Numbered from the stretch's first letter, positions 40,351 through 52,181 are shown. The stretch: 64,000 bases of DNA from an uncultured Methanosarcinales archaeon (GCA_964566535.1 CAZMIO010000002.1:62001-126000); one strand, 5' to 3'. Notes: generated by a model not told the origin, from the letters alone. A program made the numbers and translations.

Positions 40351-41514
40351 ATGTCAAACATAAAAGCAATAACTGGTGGAGAAGCCGTAGCAGAAGCGAT
40401 GAAACAGATTAATCCAGACGTAGTTGCAGCCTATCCAATTACTCCTCAAACAATTATAATGCAGAAATTCGCAGATTTCCATGCAGACGGCCTAGTGGAT
40501 AGTGAAATGGTACGAGTTGAATCTGAACATTCTGCAATGTCTTGTGTTATTGGTTCATCTGCAGCAGGAGCAAGATCAATGACAGCAACTGCATCAGCGG
40601 GATTGGCATTGATGTGGGAAGTTGTAGGAATTGCAGCAGGATTAAGGTTACCTATGGTCATGGCAGTTGCTAACCGAGCCCTATCCGCTCCAATCAACAT
40701 TCATTGTGACCATTCAGATGCAATGGGAGCAAGAGACTTAGGCTGGATAATGTTATTCAGTGAAAACGGACAAGAAGCTTATGAGAATATGTTCCTAGCA
40801 ACAAGATTAGGGGAGCACAAAGGTATCTTTCTTCCAGTTATGGTAAACTTAGACGGATTCATAACATCTCATGGTGTAGAAAACATCAAAACATACGACG
40901 ACGAAACCATAAAGAAATTTGTTGGAGAACGCGTAGCCAACAAACCGCTCCTAGATACAAACACACCAGTTACTTACGGGCCATTACAACTACAAGATTA
41001 TTATTTCGAAACAAGATTCCAGCAAATTCCGGCAATGGAGAAAGTAAAAAAAGCTTATTTAGAGATCGGAAAAGAACTTTCGAAAATAACTGGAAACAAA
41101 TATGATTACTTTGAAAAATATCAGATGGATGATGCAGAAGCGGTTATTGTAACAATGAACTCAACATCCGGCACAACAAAAACGGTTATTGATAGACTAA
41201 GGAAGGGGGGAAAGAAAGTTGGTTTATTAAAAATAAGATTATTCAGACCATTCCCTTACGAAGAAGTCATGGAAGCTCTAAAAGACATAAAAACAATCGC
41301 AGTTCTTGACCGTGCTGCTTCATTTGGTTCACATGCTCCACTTTATAGCGAAATCAGAAACTCACTATACGATTTAAAGAAGAGACCAAATCTTCATAGT
41401 TGCGTTTTCGGTTTAGGTGGAAGAAATATCTATGAAACAGATATTGAAGATGTATTTACTAAACTATTAAACGAAGATTTAGAAGAAATAAGCTACATAG
41501 GACTTAGAAAATGA
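40351..41514 (+). CDS. porA: Pyruvate:ferredoxin oxidoreductase alpha subunit
   Basis: AYPITP, ESEHSA, NRALSAPINIHCDH, RLFRPFP, GLGGR. Confidence 0.95.
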   Translation: MSNIKAITGGEAVAEAMKQINPDVVAAYPITPQTIIMQKFADFHADGLVDSEMVRVESEHSAMSCVIGSSAAGARSMTATASAGLALMWEVVGIAAGLRLPMVMAVANRALSAPINIHCDHSDAMGARDLGWIMLFSENGQEAYENMFLATRLGEHKGIFLPVMVNLDGFITSHGVENIKTYDDETIKKFVGERVANKPLLDTNTPVTYGPLQLQDYYFETRFQQIPAMEKVKKAYLEIGKELSKITGNKYDYFEKYQMDDAEAVIVTMNSTSGTTKTVIDRLRKGGKKVGLLKIRLFRPFPYEEVMEALKDIKTIAVLDRAASFGSHAPLYSEIRNSLYDLKKRPNLHSCVFGLGGRNIYETDIEDVFTKLLNEDLEEISYIGLRK

Positions 41515-42437
41515 ACATAAAAGAATTAGCAAAAGATATTGAAAAAAATAAAAAACTTACATCAGGACATAGAAGCTGTTCCGGATGTGGTTTTCCCCAA
41601 ATAGTTAGAACTATACTAGCCTCAACCAACAAACCAGTTGTAACTTCCTGCGCAACAGGCTGCTTAGAAGTAACCACAACAATCTACCCATTCACCTCAT
41701 GGAACGTTCCATTCATACATTCAGCATTTGAAAACTCTGCTGTTACAATGGCAGGAGTTGAATCTGCATATAATGCATTAAAGAGAAAGGGAAAGATTGA
41801 CAAAGAAATAAAATTCGTAGCATTTGGAGGAGATGGTGGAACATACGACATTGGACTTCAAAGCCTTTCAGGAATGTTAGAAAGAGGACATGACATCCTT
41901 TACGTTCTTTACGATAATAATGCATACATGAATACTGGAATTCAAAGATCCTCTGCTACACCATTAGGAGCTTCAACAACAACTGCTCCAGCTGGAAAAG
42001 CTCATCAAGGAAAAGAAGAATTCAGAAAAGATATTACTAAAATTGTAGCAGCACATAACATCCCCTACATTGCTCAAGCTTCATTAAGTAACTTAATGGA
42101 CTTATCAATGAAAGCAGGAAAAGCATTCAAGATAAAAGGTCCTAAATTTATTGTTTGCCTACAACCATGCACACTAGGTTGGAGATATCCTACTGAAAAA
42201 ACAGTTGAACTAGCAAAAATAGCAGTAGAATCAAAATTCTGGCCATTATACGAAATAGAAAACGGAAAATACAAGTTAAATTACAAACCATCTAATCCAT
42301 TACCAGTAGAAGACTACCTAAAAGCACAAGGCAGATTCAAACATCTGTTTAAACCAGAAAACAGACATATCATAGAAACAATCCAAAAACATACAGACAG
42401 TGAGTGGGATAAACTTCTAAAACTTTGTGGAGAATAA
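41511..42437 (+). CDS. porB: Pyruvate:ferredoxin oxidoreductase beta subunit (TPP-binding)
   Basis: GHRSCSGC, ATGC, GGDGGTYDIG, YMNTGIQRS. Confidence 0.95.
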   Translation: MNIKELAKDIEKNKKLTSGHRSCSGCGFPQIVRTILASTNKPVVTSCATGCLEVTTTIYPFTSWNVPFIHSAFENSAVTMAGVESAYNALKRKGKIDKEIKFVAFGGDGGTYDIGLQSLSGMLERGHDILYVLYDNNAYMNTGIQRSSATPLGASTTTAPAGKAHQGKEEFRKDITKIVAAHNIPYIAQASLSNLMDLSMKAGKAFKIKGPKFIVCLQPCTLGWRYPTEKTVELAKIAVESKFWPLYEIENGKYKLNYKPSNPLPVEDYLKAQGRFKHLFKPENRHIIETIQKHTDSEWDKLLKLCGE

Positions 42438-42740
42438 TTACTTAACCTCTTTCCGAACCCAATCTAAATAATCCGAATTAGCATCCACATCAATATCCAT
42501 TATACATGGAACGTCATAAGAATGTATCTTCTTAACCTCAACTCTAATTGTCTTAACATTCTTCTTCTTCGTCTTTCCAATAACAACATACTCCTTATCG
42601 TCAACCAACTTCCCCTTCCACCAATACATACTATCAATCGCATGAATATTAGAACAAGCAATTAACCTTTTCTCAAGTAAAAGCTTAGAAACCTTTCTTG
42701 CCTCAGCCTTATCCTTACAAGTAATATACAGCAATACCAT
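42438..42740 (-). CDS. cutA: Divalent-cation tolerance protein CutA
   Basis: RLIACSNI, SMYWWKG, HSYDVPCI. Confidence 0.93.
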   Translation of the reverse strand: MVLLYITCKDKAEARKVSKLLLEKRLIACSNIHAIDSMYWWKGKLVDDKEYVVIGKTKKKNVKTIRVEVKKIHSYDVPCIMDIDVDANSDYLDWVRKEVK

Positions 42741-42906
42741 TTTAATTACCCTTGTTTCATCGTATTTTTTATTTTCAAAATTTTAATTTAATATTGGTTA
42801 ATTTTTATTGATATTTCATTATTGATTTATTTTTTATTGGTTTTTCATTTACTTATATATCCTATTTAAACAAACTTTTATAAATATATCTATTCCCCTA
42901 AAACCT

Positions 42907-43842
42907 ATGCATAAAAGATACATTTTTTCAAATTTAATCGGAACATTCGTCTTTAACGAACACTTTAAGGTAATCAGTAAAGTATTGTTCAAAGACCTAA
43001 AAGAATACCAAAACAAAGAAAAATACGAAGCAGAACTATCAAAAAAATTCCCTAAAATAGAAGCCCCGGGAGAAAAAGAACTTCATAGGATTCTAGACAA
43101 TTTCAGAGACCAAAAGTACCAGAATGAACTCCAAAAAAGAAATCTAGCATTAACAAAAAAGAAAATAAAAGAATCAGTGTCAAATGATACCATCATAATC
43201 CAAGCAATAAAGAACATCAGCGGGTTAGACAGGGTAATAAACACATTAACAAAAGAATTAAGAGAATGGTTCTCCTTAAACAATCCAGAAATCTCAGAAG
43301 CAACTGAGGATCATGAAAAACTAGTAAACTTAATTGCAAAAAACCACAAATCAAAATCAGAGATGGGCTCAGAATTCTCAAAAAGAGATATGGAACCAAT
43401 ACTAAACCTTGCAAAGGAAATACTAAGCCTATATGATCTAAGGAAAAAACAAGAAGAGTACCTAGAAGAACTAACAAAAGAAACCTGTCAAAATATGTCA
43501 GAATTAGCAGGAGCATTAACAGCAGCAAGACTAATTGAGTTAGCAGGCTCGTTAAAACACCTTGCAACAATGCCTGCCTCAACCATCCAACTTCTTGGAG
43601 CAGAAGAAGCATTGTTCAGACACCTAAAAACAGGAGCTAACTGCCCAAAGTATGGAATCCTATACTCTCACAACTTAATCCAAAAAACAAAGAAATCAGA
43701 ACAAGGCAAGATGGCAAGAACATTAGCAGATAAAATATCCATCGCAGTAAAGGTAGACTTTTTCAAAGGTAAATTTATCGCAAACAAACTAAAAAAAGAA
43801 TGTGAAATAAAATACACGCAACTAAAAAATGTCAAGAATTAA
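42907..43842 (+). CDS. nop5: C/D box sRNP protein Nop5 (Nop56/58)
   Basis: LREWF, AGSLKHLATMPASTIQLLGAEEALFRHL, PKYG. Confidence 0.92.
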   Translation: MHKRYIFSNLIGTFVFNEHFKVISKVLFKDLKEYQNKEKYEAELSKKFPKIEAPGEKELHRILDNFRDQKYQNELQKRNLALTKKKIKESVSNDTIIIQAIKNISGLDRVINTLTKELREWFSLNNPEISEATEDHEKLVNLIAKNHKSKSEMGSEFSKRDMEPILNLAKEILSLYDLRKKQEEYLEELTKETCQNMSELAGALTAARLIELAGSLKHLATMPASTIQLLGAEEALFRHLKTGANCPKYGILYSHNLIQKTKKSEQGKMARTLADKISIAVKVDFFKGKFIANKLKKECEIKYTQLKNVKN

Positions 43843-44512
43843 ACAATCAAAAATATTTGAAGTTTACGAATCATTTAGAGGTATAAATAGAAGGATCATC
43901 TACACCCAAAACCTAACACCCGGAAAAACCGTTTATGACGAATCCCTCACAACAGAAAACAACATAGAATATCGAGAATGGAACCCAAGAAAATCAAAAC
44001 TTGCAGCTGCAATAGTAAAAGATACAAATAACATTTTCATAAGAAGTAACAATACAATACTTTACTTAGGTTCCAGCACAGGAACTACTGTTTCTCACGT
44101 CAGTGACATCGTAGGAGACAAAGGATTCATTTTTGCAGTAGATTCAGCACCAAGAGTGATGAGAGATTTAGTCTTCATGGCAGAACATAGAAAAAACATT
44201 GCTCCAATCCTAGCTAACGCAAACAAACCATCAGAATATCAGGATAAAGTCTCTTTAGTAGATGTGGTCTACCAAGATATCTCTCAAAGAAACCAACTTC
44301 AGATTTTCCTAAAAAATGTTAACCTATTCCTAAAAAAAGACGGATATGCTCTATTAGTGGTAAAGGCTAATTCTATTGACATAACCAGAAAACCAAAAGC
44401 AATATTCAACGAACTAAGGCAAGACCTAGAAAAAGAAATGACAATAATTGACTATAAAATTCTAGAACCTCTTCAACTAGGACATTGCCTCTTTATCTGT
44501 AAGAATAAATAA
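43829..44512 (+). CDS. flpA: Fibrillarin-like rRNA/tRNA 2'-O-methyltransferase
   Basis: YREWNPRKSKLAAAI, LYLGSSTGTTVSHVSDIV. Confidence 0.96.
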   Translation: MSRIKQSKIFEVYESFRGINRRIIYTQNLTPGKTVYDESLTTENNIEYREWNPRKSKLAAAIVKDTNNIFIRSNNTILYLGSSTGTTVSHVSDIVGDKGFIFAVDSAPRVMRDLVFMAEHRKNIAPILANANKPSEYQDKVSLVDVVYQDISQRNQLQIFLKNVNLFLKKDGYALLVVKANSIDITRKPKAIFNELRQDLEKEMTIIDYKILEPLQLGHCLFICKNK

Positions 44513-44557
44513 ACTTTATAAATCCTCCAAGAACACCTTCTCCAGTGGGGGATTTTA

Positions 44558-45445
44558 ATGGAACAAGAAACAGAAAAAGGAACTTATAAACTTAAGAGAG
44601 GCTTAGCAGAGATGCTAAAAAATGGAGTGATTATGGATGTTGTTACAGCTGAACATGCAATAATAGCAGAAAAAGCTGGTGCAGTTGCTGTGATGGCCTT
44701 AGAACGTGTTCCTGCTGATATTAGGGCTGCTGGCGGAGTAGCAAGAATGTCAGACCCTAAGATGATAAAAGAGATAATGCAAGCTGTTTCTATCCCTGTC
44801 ATGGCAAAAGTAAGAATTGGCCATTTCGCTGAAGCTCAAATTCTACAATCATTAGGTGTTGATTACATTGATGAATCAGAAGTTCTAACACCAGCTGATG
44901 AAAAGTTCCATGTTGTTAAAAATAAATTCAAAGTTCCTTTTGTTTGCGGAGCTAAAAACTTAGGAGAAGCTCTTAGAAGAATAAATGAAGGAGCAGCAAT
45001 GATCAGAACAAAAGGAGAAGCCGGAACTGGAAACGTTGTTGAAGCAGTAACTCACATGAGAACAATTAACCATCAAATTGCAAGATTAGAAAACATGTCA
45101 AATGCTGAATTAAGAGATGAATCAAGAGTCATGAAAGTACCATTTGAATTAGTAAGAGAAACAGCAAAACTTCAAAGGCTTCCAGTAGTTAATTTCGCAG
45201 CAGGCGGAATCGCAACACCAGCTGACGCCTCATTAATGATGCAATTAGGCTGTGACGGATTATTCGTTGGCTCAGGCATCTTCAAATCAAAAAATCCAAA
45301 ATCAACTGCAAAAGCAATTGTCGAAGCCACAACCCACTACAAAAATCCAGAAATCATTGCAAAAGTCTCAGAAGGAATGGGTGATGCAATGAAAGGACTT
45401 GAGATTTCTCAATTAGATGTTAGGATGCAGGAAAGAGGGAAGTAA
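44558..45445 (+). CDS. pdxS: Pyridoxal 5'-phosphate synthase lyase subunit
   Basis: [35 protein letters not shown]. Confidence 0.98.
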   Translation: MEQETEKGTYKLKRGLAEMLKNGVIMDVVTAEHAIIAEKAGAVAVMALERVPADIRAAGGVARMSDPKMIKEIMQAVSIPVMAKVRIGHFAEAQILQSLGVDYIDESEVLTPADEKFHVVKNKFKVPFVCGAKNLGEALRRINEGAAMIRTKGEAGTGNVVEAVTHMRTINHQIARLENMSNAELRDESRVMKVPFELVRETAKLQRLPVVNFAAGGIATPADASLMMQLGCDGLFVGSGIFKSKNPKSTAKAIVEATTHYKNPEIIAKVSEGMGDAMKGLEISQLDVRMQERGK

Positions 45446-46018
45446 ATGAAGATTGGCATCCTAGCCATCCAAGGCTCAATCCAAGACCATAAGAAAGTTC
45501 TAGACAAACTAAACATAGAAACAGTTGAAGTTAGACTCCCAGCTGACCTCATAGACATCAACGGATTAATCATTCCTGGCGGAGAATCAACAACAATAGG
45601 CAAACTGCTAAAATCAACAAAACTAGACCAAGAAATAAAAAGACTATATGAAAAAGGCCTTCCAATCTATGGGACATGTGCAGGAGCAATCATACTAGCA
45701 AAAGAAATTCTAGGCAGTCAGCAACCAAAACTCTCCATTCTAGACATTTCAATAGGCAGAAACAGTTACGGAAGACAAATAGACTCATTTGAAACAGACC
45801 TAGACATAAAAGAATTCGAACAACCATTCCATGGAATCTTCATCAGAGCCCCAGTAATAAGTAAAGTTCACAACGGAGCTAAAATCCTAGCAGAATACAA
45901 AGACAAACCAGTCTTAGTAAGACAAAAAAACATCCTAGCCTCAACCTTCCACCCAGAACTAACTAACGATACAAGAATCCATGAGTACTTCATCAATATG
46001 ATAAAAAGCTGCTCCTAA
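45446..46018 (+). CDS. pdxT: PLP synthase glutaminase subunit
   Basis: PGGESTT, GTCAG, FIRAP, FHPEL. Confidence 0.97.
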   Translation: MKIGILAIQGSIQDHKKVLDKLNIETVEVRLPADLIDINGLIIPGGESTTIGKLLKSTKLDQEIKRLYEKGLPIYGTCAGAIILAKEILGSQQPKLSILDISIGRNSYGRQIDSFETDLDIKEFEQPFHGIFIRAPVISKVHNGAKILAEYKDKPVLVRQKNILASTFHPELTNDTRIHEYFINMIKSCS

Positions 46019-46956
46019 CTACCCAAAATCCCCTTAGTCTTCTCAGTCAGTTCCTTAACATGCGAAACTGTCTTGTCAAACAACTCTTTCTCAGAATCAT
46101 CCAGCTTCACTTCAATAATCTCCTCAACCCCATTAGCACCTAACTTGACAGGAACTCCAATAAAAAGCTCATCAACACCATACTCACCAGAAAGATAAGC
46201 AGCACAAGGTAATATCTTCTTCTTATCCTTCAAAACTGCCTCAACCATCTCAACAACAGCAGTTGCAGGAGCATAATAAGCAGAACCTGTCTTCAACAAC
46301 CCAACAATCTCCCCACCACCCTTACGTGTCCTCTCAACAATCTGCTCAACTTTCTCAGACGAAATCATCTCAGAAATAGGGATCCCAGCAATGTTTGAAT
46401 ACCTAACCAGTGGAACCATTGTATCTCCATGTCCACCCATCACAAAAGCATTCACATTCTCCACCGAAACATTCGCCTCATCAGCAATAAAGCTCCTAAA
46501 CCGTGCAGAATCCAATATCCCAGCCATACCAACTATCTTATTCTTAGCAACTTTAGTAACCTTACTAGCAACAAAAACCATTGCATCTAACGGATTACTA
46601 ACCAGAATATAAAACGCATTAGGACAATACTTCACAACATTCTCAGCAACAGTCTTAACAATCTTAGTGTTAGTCTCAAGTAAATCGTCTCTGCTCATCC
46701 CAGGTTTACGTGGAATCCCTGCAGTAATAACTACAATATCAGAATCCTTAGTCGCCTCGTATCCATTCGAACCAATAATCTCAACATCAGACCCCTCAAC
46801 AGGCATAGCCTCACTCATATCCAAAGCCTTGCCTTGCGGCATTCCTTCAACAATATCAACCAAAACAACATCTCCTAATTCTTTCAAAGCTATCAGATGA
46901 CCTGCAGTAGCTCCAAGATTTCCTGAACCAACAATACTAATTTTTTTCCTTTTCAT
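46015..46956 (-). CDS. mdh: Malate dehydrogenase (LDH-like)
   Basis: [40 protein letters not shown]. Confidence 0.96.
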   Translation of the reverse strand: MKRKKISIVGSGNLGATAGHLIALKELGDVVLVDIVEGMPQGKALDMSEAMPVEGSDVEIIGSNGYEATKDSDIVVITAGIPRKPGMSRDDLLETNTKIVKTVAENVVKYCPNAFYILVSNPLDAMVFVASKVTKVAKNKIVGMAGILDSARFRSFIADEANVSVENVNAFVMGGHGDTMVPLVRYSNIAGIPISEMISSEKVEQIVERTRKGGGEIVGLLKTGSAYYAPATAVVEMVEAVLKDKKKILPCAAYLSGEYGVDELFIGVPVKLGANGVEEIIEVKLDDSEKELFDKTVSHVKELTEKTKGILGS

Positions 46957-47528
46957 CGTATCAACTCCCTATAGATTTTTTCAGATTCCTTCAAAACATC
47001 ATCATGTAAACTATTTCCATGAGCATCCATCGTAACAACAGCTGGAAAATCCCTTACCTCAAGTTCCCAAATCGCCTCAGGAATCCCAAACTCCTCCAAC
47101 TTATACACATCCCCAACTTTAACGATAGAGTTAGCAATCAAAACAGCAGCTCCACCAACAGCATGCAAATATACACAACCATTCTCACTCAAAGCATCAA
47201 GCGTCCCACTACCCATCCCACCTTTCCCAATAACGGCCCGAACTCCATACTCTGAAATTATCTTCCACTCATAAAGCTCTTCCCGAATACTAGTAGTAGG
47301 ACCCGCAGCAACAATCTCCCATCCATCTTCCTTCTTCCTAACAATTGGCCCGCAATGATACACCACTCCACCACCCAACTTCCCCTTAAACTCATCATTA
47401 ATCTCTTCAAACAAAAACTTATGAGCCATATCCCTTGCAGTAAAGATTACACCACTCAACAAAACCCTATCTCCTACCTTAAGATTTAGAATATCTTCAT
47501 TTTTTAATGGAATTTCCAATTTTATCAT
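46953..47528 (-). CDS. Fe-S fumarate hydratase beta subunit
   Basis: [29 protein letters not shown]. Confidence 0.92.
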   Translation of the reverse strand: MIKLEIPLKNEDILNLKVGDRVLLSGVIFTARDMAHKFLFEEINDEFKGKLGGGVVYHCGPIVRKKEDGWEIVAAGPTTSIREELYEWKIISEYGVRAVIGKGGMGSGTLDALSENGCVYLHAVGGAAVLIANSIVKVGDVYKLEEFGIPEAIWELEVRDFPAVVTMDAHGNSLHDDVLKESEKIYRELIR

Positions 47529-47589
47529 TTTTTAGTTTTCCTAATTATTGATTTATTTTTATTGGTTATTTTTTAATGATATTTTTTAT

Positions 47590-48441
47590 TTATTCTATTT
47601 TTATTTCATCACCCTCAACAACCAACCTCTTCCTCCTACTAGCCCAACACATAAAGCTAACAGCAACAAAAAAACTAGCAGGATGCCTCATCTGCTTCCC
47701 AACCTTAACACCCAAAGCACTAACCCTACCACCAAGTCCCAAAGCCCCAATACCTAACTTATTAACATCAATTAACAACTCATCCTCAATCTTATCTAAC
47801 TCAAAATCAGAATTCTTATCATCCAATCTACGAAGCAACTGTTGCTTAGCCAAAATAATAGCCTGTTCTTTAACACCACCAATTCCAACACCAATTATGT
47901 TCGGACTACACCCTTTCCCTTGAGCCTTAAACATAGCATCAATAACACACTTCCGAATCCCATCAACATCCCGTCCAGATTTAAGTGAATCATCAGGCAG
48001 TTTATATTCCCTACCAATATTCTCAGAACCTCCCCCCTTCAACATAAGATCAATCTGCAAACCTTCCTTATCCCATTCCTCAAAATAAATAACTGGCTCA
48101 TTTCCGCCAGTATTCTTCCCGCTAAGAGGATCAACAGCATTAGGTCTCAAAGGAATTTCAGTAGTAGCAATCTTAGTAGCCTCAACTATCGCCCACTTCA
48201 ACTCTTTCTGAGAAAACTTATTAGAATAACTAACAAAAAATATCGGAGTTCCAGTATCCTGACACATAGGTTTACCTTCATCCTTAGCCAATTTAATATT
48301 CTCAAGAATATCCTTCAAAACATCAGCAGAAGTTGAATCATTCTCCACACTAGCAGCCCTACTCAACCCATCAACTACATCCTCAGGAAGCAAAGTAGCA
48401 GCTTCCCTATAAAGCCCAACAATATCATTAACAAGTCCCAT
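47590..48441 (-). CDS. Fe-S fumarate hydratase alpha subunit
   Basis: PMCQDTG, KGGGSEN, GIGALGLGG, HPAS, CWASR. Confidence 0.92.
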   Translation of the reverse strand: MGLVNDIVGLYREAATLLPEDVVDGLSRAASVENDSTSADVLKDILENIKLAKDEGKPMCQDTGTPIFFVSYSNKFSQKELKWAIVEATKIATTEIPLRPNAVDPLSGKNTGGNEPVIYFEEWDKEGLQIDLMLKGGGSENIGREYKLPDDSLKSGRDVDGIRKCVIDAMFKAQGKGCSPNIIGVGIGGVKEQAIILAKQQLLRRLDDKNSDFELDKIEDELLIDVNKLGIGALGLGGRVSALGVKVGKQMRHPASFFVAVSFMCWASRRKRLVVEGDEIKIE

Positions 48442-48481
48442 TTAAAATCAAAGAATCAACTATAAAATAAAAAGTTTGTTG

Positions 48482-48766
48482 TTAAAGAAGTAATCTAAAA
48501 TTATCAATGTGCTCAGCAGCTTCCTGACCTTTCTTAGTCAAAGACAACAACTTCAATCTTCCCTGCTTCTCAAAATTCACCAGACCAGATCTTTCCATTT
48601 CCTGTAGAATTTTTACAACATGAGAATAAGTGCAATCAATTTTTTTTGCAAGAGCAGAAGCATAGACTTGACTTTTAGCATTCTTAAGGTCTACCAACAT
48701 CATGGATGGTTTCTCCCTCAAAAAAACGCTGAATATTTTTTTATTGTTTGTAACGACACTGTCCAT
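48482..48766 (-). CDS. Winged-HTH transcriptional regulator (MarR-like)
   Basis: YASALAKKIDCTYSHVVKILQEMERSGLVNFEKQGR..LTKKG. Confidence 0.85.
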   Translation of the reverse strand: MDSVVTNNKKIFSVFLREKPSMMLVDLKNAKSQVYASALAKKIDCTYSHVVKILQEMERSGLVNFEKQGRLKLLSLTKKGQEAAEHIDNFRLLL

Positions 48767-48868
48767 CTTACACCCCACAAAATATATATTATAATGAATA
48801 GTATTACGTATATAAATGTTTTGTTTTTAAGTTTTTATTGATTAGTGAACATTTTTAGCAAAATATAG

Positions 48869-49570
48869 TTATTCAATTCCTGAACCTAATACATAAGCCA
48901 TATTCATCAAACTAAACAAGTCCCCCATAGTAATTGGTAAGCCTTGTTCTTCATTTCGAAATAATGTTGCCTTACGAGCATGATACAGTTGTTCAGCCTC
49001 AGCTCGAATATCTGGGGCAAATCCATAACTCTTACCTCTTGAATATGTCCAGCTAAGAGCTGAAGCCATAGCATTTAATCTCAAATCAAAATTAGGTTGT
49101 TCTTCCTCTTGCAAAACTCCAAAATATAAATTTAATCCTACTCTCACTCCCTGAAAAAAAGTAAAGCATTCATCCCGAGGTAATCCAAGAAACATTGACT
49201 TTAATCTACTATAGAATATATTTGCCTGAATTTCAATCTGGCCATCATCCTCAATTTGAACTTCTTGTTCATCTCCATCACCAGGACATTCATAAGGAAC
49301 AGCAATAAAAGGTTCATACATTCTTCTACTTGAGAAAGGAATATCTCTGTCACGTGCTTCCTCTTCCATCCTATCCCATAAAGTTTCCATAACTTCTCTT
49401 TCAACCCTTGGTGAGCCTTCAGAAGGATTGACATAACGAAAATAACCTCTAAATATCTCAAATGCTCCATGAAGACCTTGTTGAGGATGGTCTGTATATG
49501 ATAATAAAAAATCCAAAGAAGTCTGAAAAATCCCATAGTGAGGTGATGATCTATCCACAGCTAATTCCAC
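48869..49570 (-). CDS. Hypothetical protein
   Basis: 233-aa ORF, no recognised motif. Confidence 0.6.
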   Translation of the reverse strand: MELAVDRSSPHYGIFQTSLDFLLSYTDHPQQGLHGAFEIFRGYFRYVNPSEGSPRVEREVMETLWDRMEEEARDRDIPFSSRRMYEPFIAVPYECPGDGDEQEVQIEDDGQIEIQANIFYSRLKSMFLGLPRDECFTFFQGVRVGLNLYFGVLQEEEQPNFDLRLNAMASALSWTYSRGKSYGFAPDIRAEAEQLYHARKATLFRNEEQGLPITMGDLFSLMNMAYVLGSGIE

Positions 49571-49642
49571 TAATACTATATCAAAAACAAACTATCGACT
49601 ATAATAAAAATCTTTTTATAACACTGCATTTTCATCAAATTA

Positions 49643-51508
49643 ATGGACAGCAAAAAAGAAGTGCTCTTTCCTTATAAAACTATAAGAAATACACAAGACG
49701 ATTTAATTGAATCTATAAAAAAAGCAGTTGAAACTAAAAGCAACTTAATCATCCACGCTCCAACTGGATTAGGAAAAACAGTTGCAGCCTTGGCTCCCGC
49801 AATACCTTATGCAATGAAGAATCATCTAACAATCTATTTTCTAACATCACGCCATACCCAACACCAAATTGCAATAAACACAATCAAAGATATAAAAGAA
49901 CACCACAACGTAAACATAATAACAACTGACATCATTGGAAAAAAGTGGATGTGTATCCAACCCAGCGTAGATGCCCTCTACTCAAACGAATTTAATGAAT
50001 ACTGCAAAGCATTAAAGGAAGAAAACAAATGTGAGTTCTACTCAAACACCAAAACTCAAGACAATAAAGTTTCTGTAGAAGCAAAAAAAACCTTAAACGA
50101 ACTAAAAGTTCTAAGCCCCTACCATACAGAACAAGTAATCAAGACATGTGAAGTCGAAAAACTCTGTCCTCATGAAATCTCCACTCTTCTCGCAAAAAAA
50201 TCAAACGTCATAATCGCAGACTACTATTACATATTCAACCCAGCAATAAGAAACATTTTCTTCAAAAAAGCAGGCAAACAACTAGAAAACGCAATAATAA
50301 TAGTTGACGAAGCACATAACCTACCAAAAAGATGTAGAGAACTGCTAACTCAAAAACTAACAACATCCATGCTAGAACGTGCACTAAAAGAAGCAAGAAA
50401 ATACAGCTACGAAGAAACAGAAGAACATCTAAACTCAATAAGAACAATCCTAATTGAATTAGCAAACAAAATAAACTCAGAAGAAGAACTGATAAAAAAA
50501 GATGATTTCGTAAACAGAATAAACTTAATCAACAACTACGAACAGATGATTGGAGATTTAGAATTCATCGGAGACGAAATCAGAGAAAAACAAAAACAAT
50601 CCTACATCGGCGCAATCTCAACCTTCTTAAGCAACTGGTTAGGTCAAGACCAAGGATATTCAAGGATATTAACAAGAACTGACAACTCAATCACTTTAAT
50701 CTACAGATGCTTAGACCCTTCACTAATAACAAAAGACGTAATTGACAACGCTCACTCAACAATCTTAATGTCAGGCACATTAACTCCTACATCAATGCAT
50801 AAAGACATCCTAGGATTTAATGACGCAGAAGAAAAAGAATACAAAAGCCCATTCCCAAAAAAAAACAAACTCAGCCTAATAATCCCACAAACAACAACAA
50901 AGTTCACCAAAAGAAGTGAACAACAATACGAACGAATTGCAGAAATAATAGCAAAAGTCGTAAACCTAATACCTGGCAACTCCGCAATCTTCTTCCCAAG
51001 TTATTTCCTAAGAGATTCAATTTACAAATACTTCAACTACAAATGCAAAAAGACAATCATCCAAGAAGAACCAAATCTCAGTAAGCAAGATAAACAAACA
51101 ATCCTAGATAAATTCCATGAATACAAAAAGATTGGTGCAGTCCTATTGGGAGTAGCATCCGGCTCATTCGGAGAAGGAGTTGACTTACCAGGAGATTTAC
51201 TCAAAGGGGTCATAGTTGTTGGCCTACCATTAGACAAACCAAACTTAGAAACAAAAGAATTAATCAATTACTATGACAGAAAGTTCGGAAAAGGATGGGA
51301 TTATGCCTACATTTTCCCAGCTGTAACAAAAACATTACAAAACGCAGGACGTTGCATAAGATCAGAAACGGACAAAGGAGTAACCATCTTCCTAGATGAA
51401 AGGTACATCTGGCCAAACTACTACAAATGCTTCCCAACAGACTATGATGTCAAAGTAACAAGAAAATACGAGGAAGAAATAAAAGAATTCTTTGAGAATA
51501 ATAGCTAA
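49643..51508 (+). CDS. XPD/Rad3/DinG family Fe-S DNA helicase
   Basis: APTGLGKT, Fe-S cysteines, DEAHN, MSGTL, EGVD, QNAGRCIRS. Confidence 0.95.
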   Translation: MDSKKEVLFPYKTIRNTQDDLIESIKKAVETKSNLIIHAPTGLGKTVAALAPAIPYAMKNHLTIYFLTSRHTQHQIAINTIKDIKEHHNVNIITTDIIGKKWMCIQPSVDALYSNEFNEYCKALKEENKCEFYSNTKTQDNKVSVEAKKTLNELKVLSPYHTEQVIKTCEVEKLCPHEISTLLAKKSNVIIADYYYIFNPAIRNIFFKKAGKQLENAIIIVDEAHNLPKRCRELLTQKLTTSMLERALKEARKYSYEETEEHLNSIRTILIELANKINSEEELIKKDDFVNRINLINNYEQMIGDLEFIGDEIREKQKQSYIGAISTFLSNWLGQDQGYSRILTRTDNSITLIYRCLDPSLITKDVIDNAHSTILMSGTLTPTSMHKDILGFNDAEEKEYKSPFPKKNKLSLIIPQTTTKFTKRSEQQYERIAEIIAKVVNLIPGNSAIFFPSYFLRDSIYKYFNYKCKKTIIQEEPNLSKQDKQTILDKFHEYKKIGAVLLGVASGSFGEGVDLPGDLLKGVIVVGLPLDKPNLETKELINYYDRKFGKGWDYAYIFPAVTKTLQNAGRCIRSETDKGVTIFLDERYIWPNYYKCFPTDYDVKVTRKYEEEIKEFFENNS

Positions 51509-51584
51509 ATAATAATCAAATTTAAATAGATAGCACTCTTTCTTAAAAGAATATTCACAGTAATACAATAAACTATTACCAAAA

Positions 51585-52181
51585 ATGCAAAAACCAAAAA
51601 AGAAACGAGAACCTATGCGTCCATTTATAAGAAATATGTCTTTAATTGGCGTGGCAGCATTAGTAGCTATTGCATACCCAGCAACCCAAAGGGTCAGAGA
51701 TATATGGACCTATCATAGTCAACAAAGATATGCAATAGCACATTTAGACTCTTCTGCAGTTCCTCCAGATAAGAATCCATTTTACAGTGATTCGGTGGTT
51801 AGACGTGATGCTGTGGTTGTCAATGACAGACGTTATAAAAGTTCAGTTGGTTATGAAGATTTAGATGATGACGGAGGTTATGCATCAATATTAAATAGAA
51901 CGAATTCAGATGGCACACAAATTGCAATCCAAATGACCAGAGACCCAGATGGGGGGATAGGGTTCCCAACACTAGATCCAAATGCTGTTACCCCTTTAAC
52001 CAGGTTAATAGCTAATGGTGCCCCCTTAAGGGTGGATTATGTAAATGTTGGTGGAGATTCCAGATTGGAAAGTGTTGTTCAGATTGGATCATTAGACGTT
52101 CAGACTGGATTAATAGGCAATCCAGGATATAGTCTAGTACAAAGTATTGATGGAAGAGCCACTTTCTCTGACATTCAATAA
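51585..52181 (+). CDS. Hypothetical exported/membrane-anchored protein
   Basis: Basic N-terminus plus hydrophobic segment; base composition atypical for + strand genes here. Confidence 0.65.
   Translation: MQKPKKKREPMRPFIRNMSLIGVAALVAIAYPATQRVRDIWTYHSQQRYAIAHLDSSAVPPDKNPFYSDSVVRRDAVVVNDRRYKSSVGYEDLDDDGGYASILNRTNSDGTQIAIQMTRDPDGGIGFPTLDPNAVTPLTRLIANGAPLRVDYVNVGGDSRLESVVQIGSLDVQTGLIGNPGYSLVQSIDGRATFSDIQ

Noticed and set aside
42907..44512. C/D box sRNA genes near nop5/fibrillarin
   Set aside because: No convincing RTGATGA...CTGA pair found in the neighbouring intergenic regions by eye.
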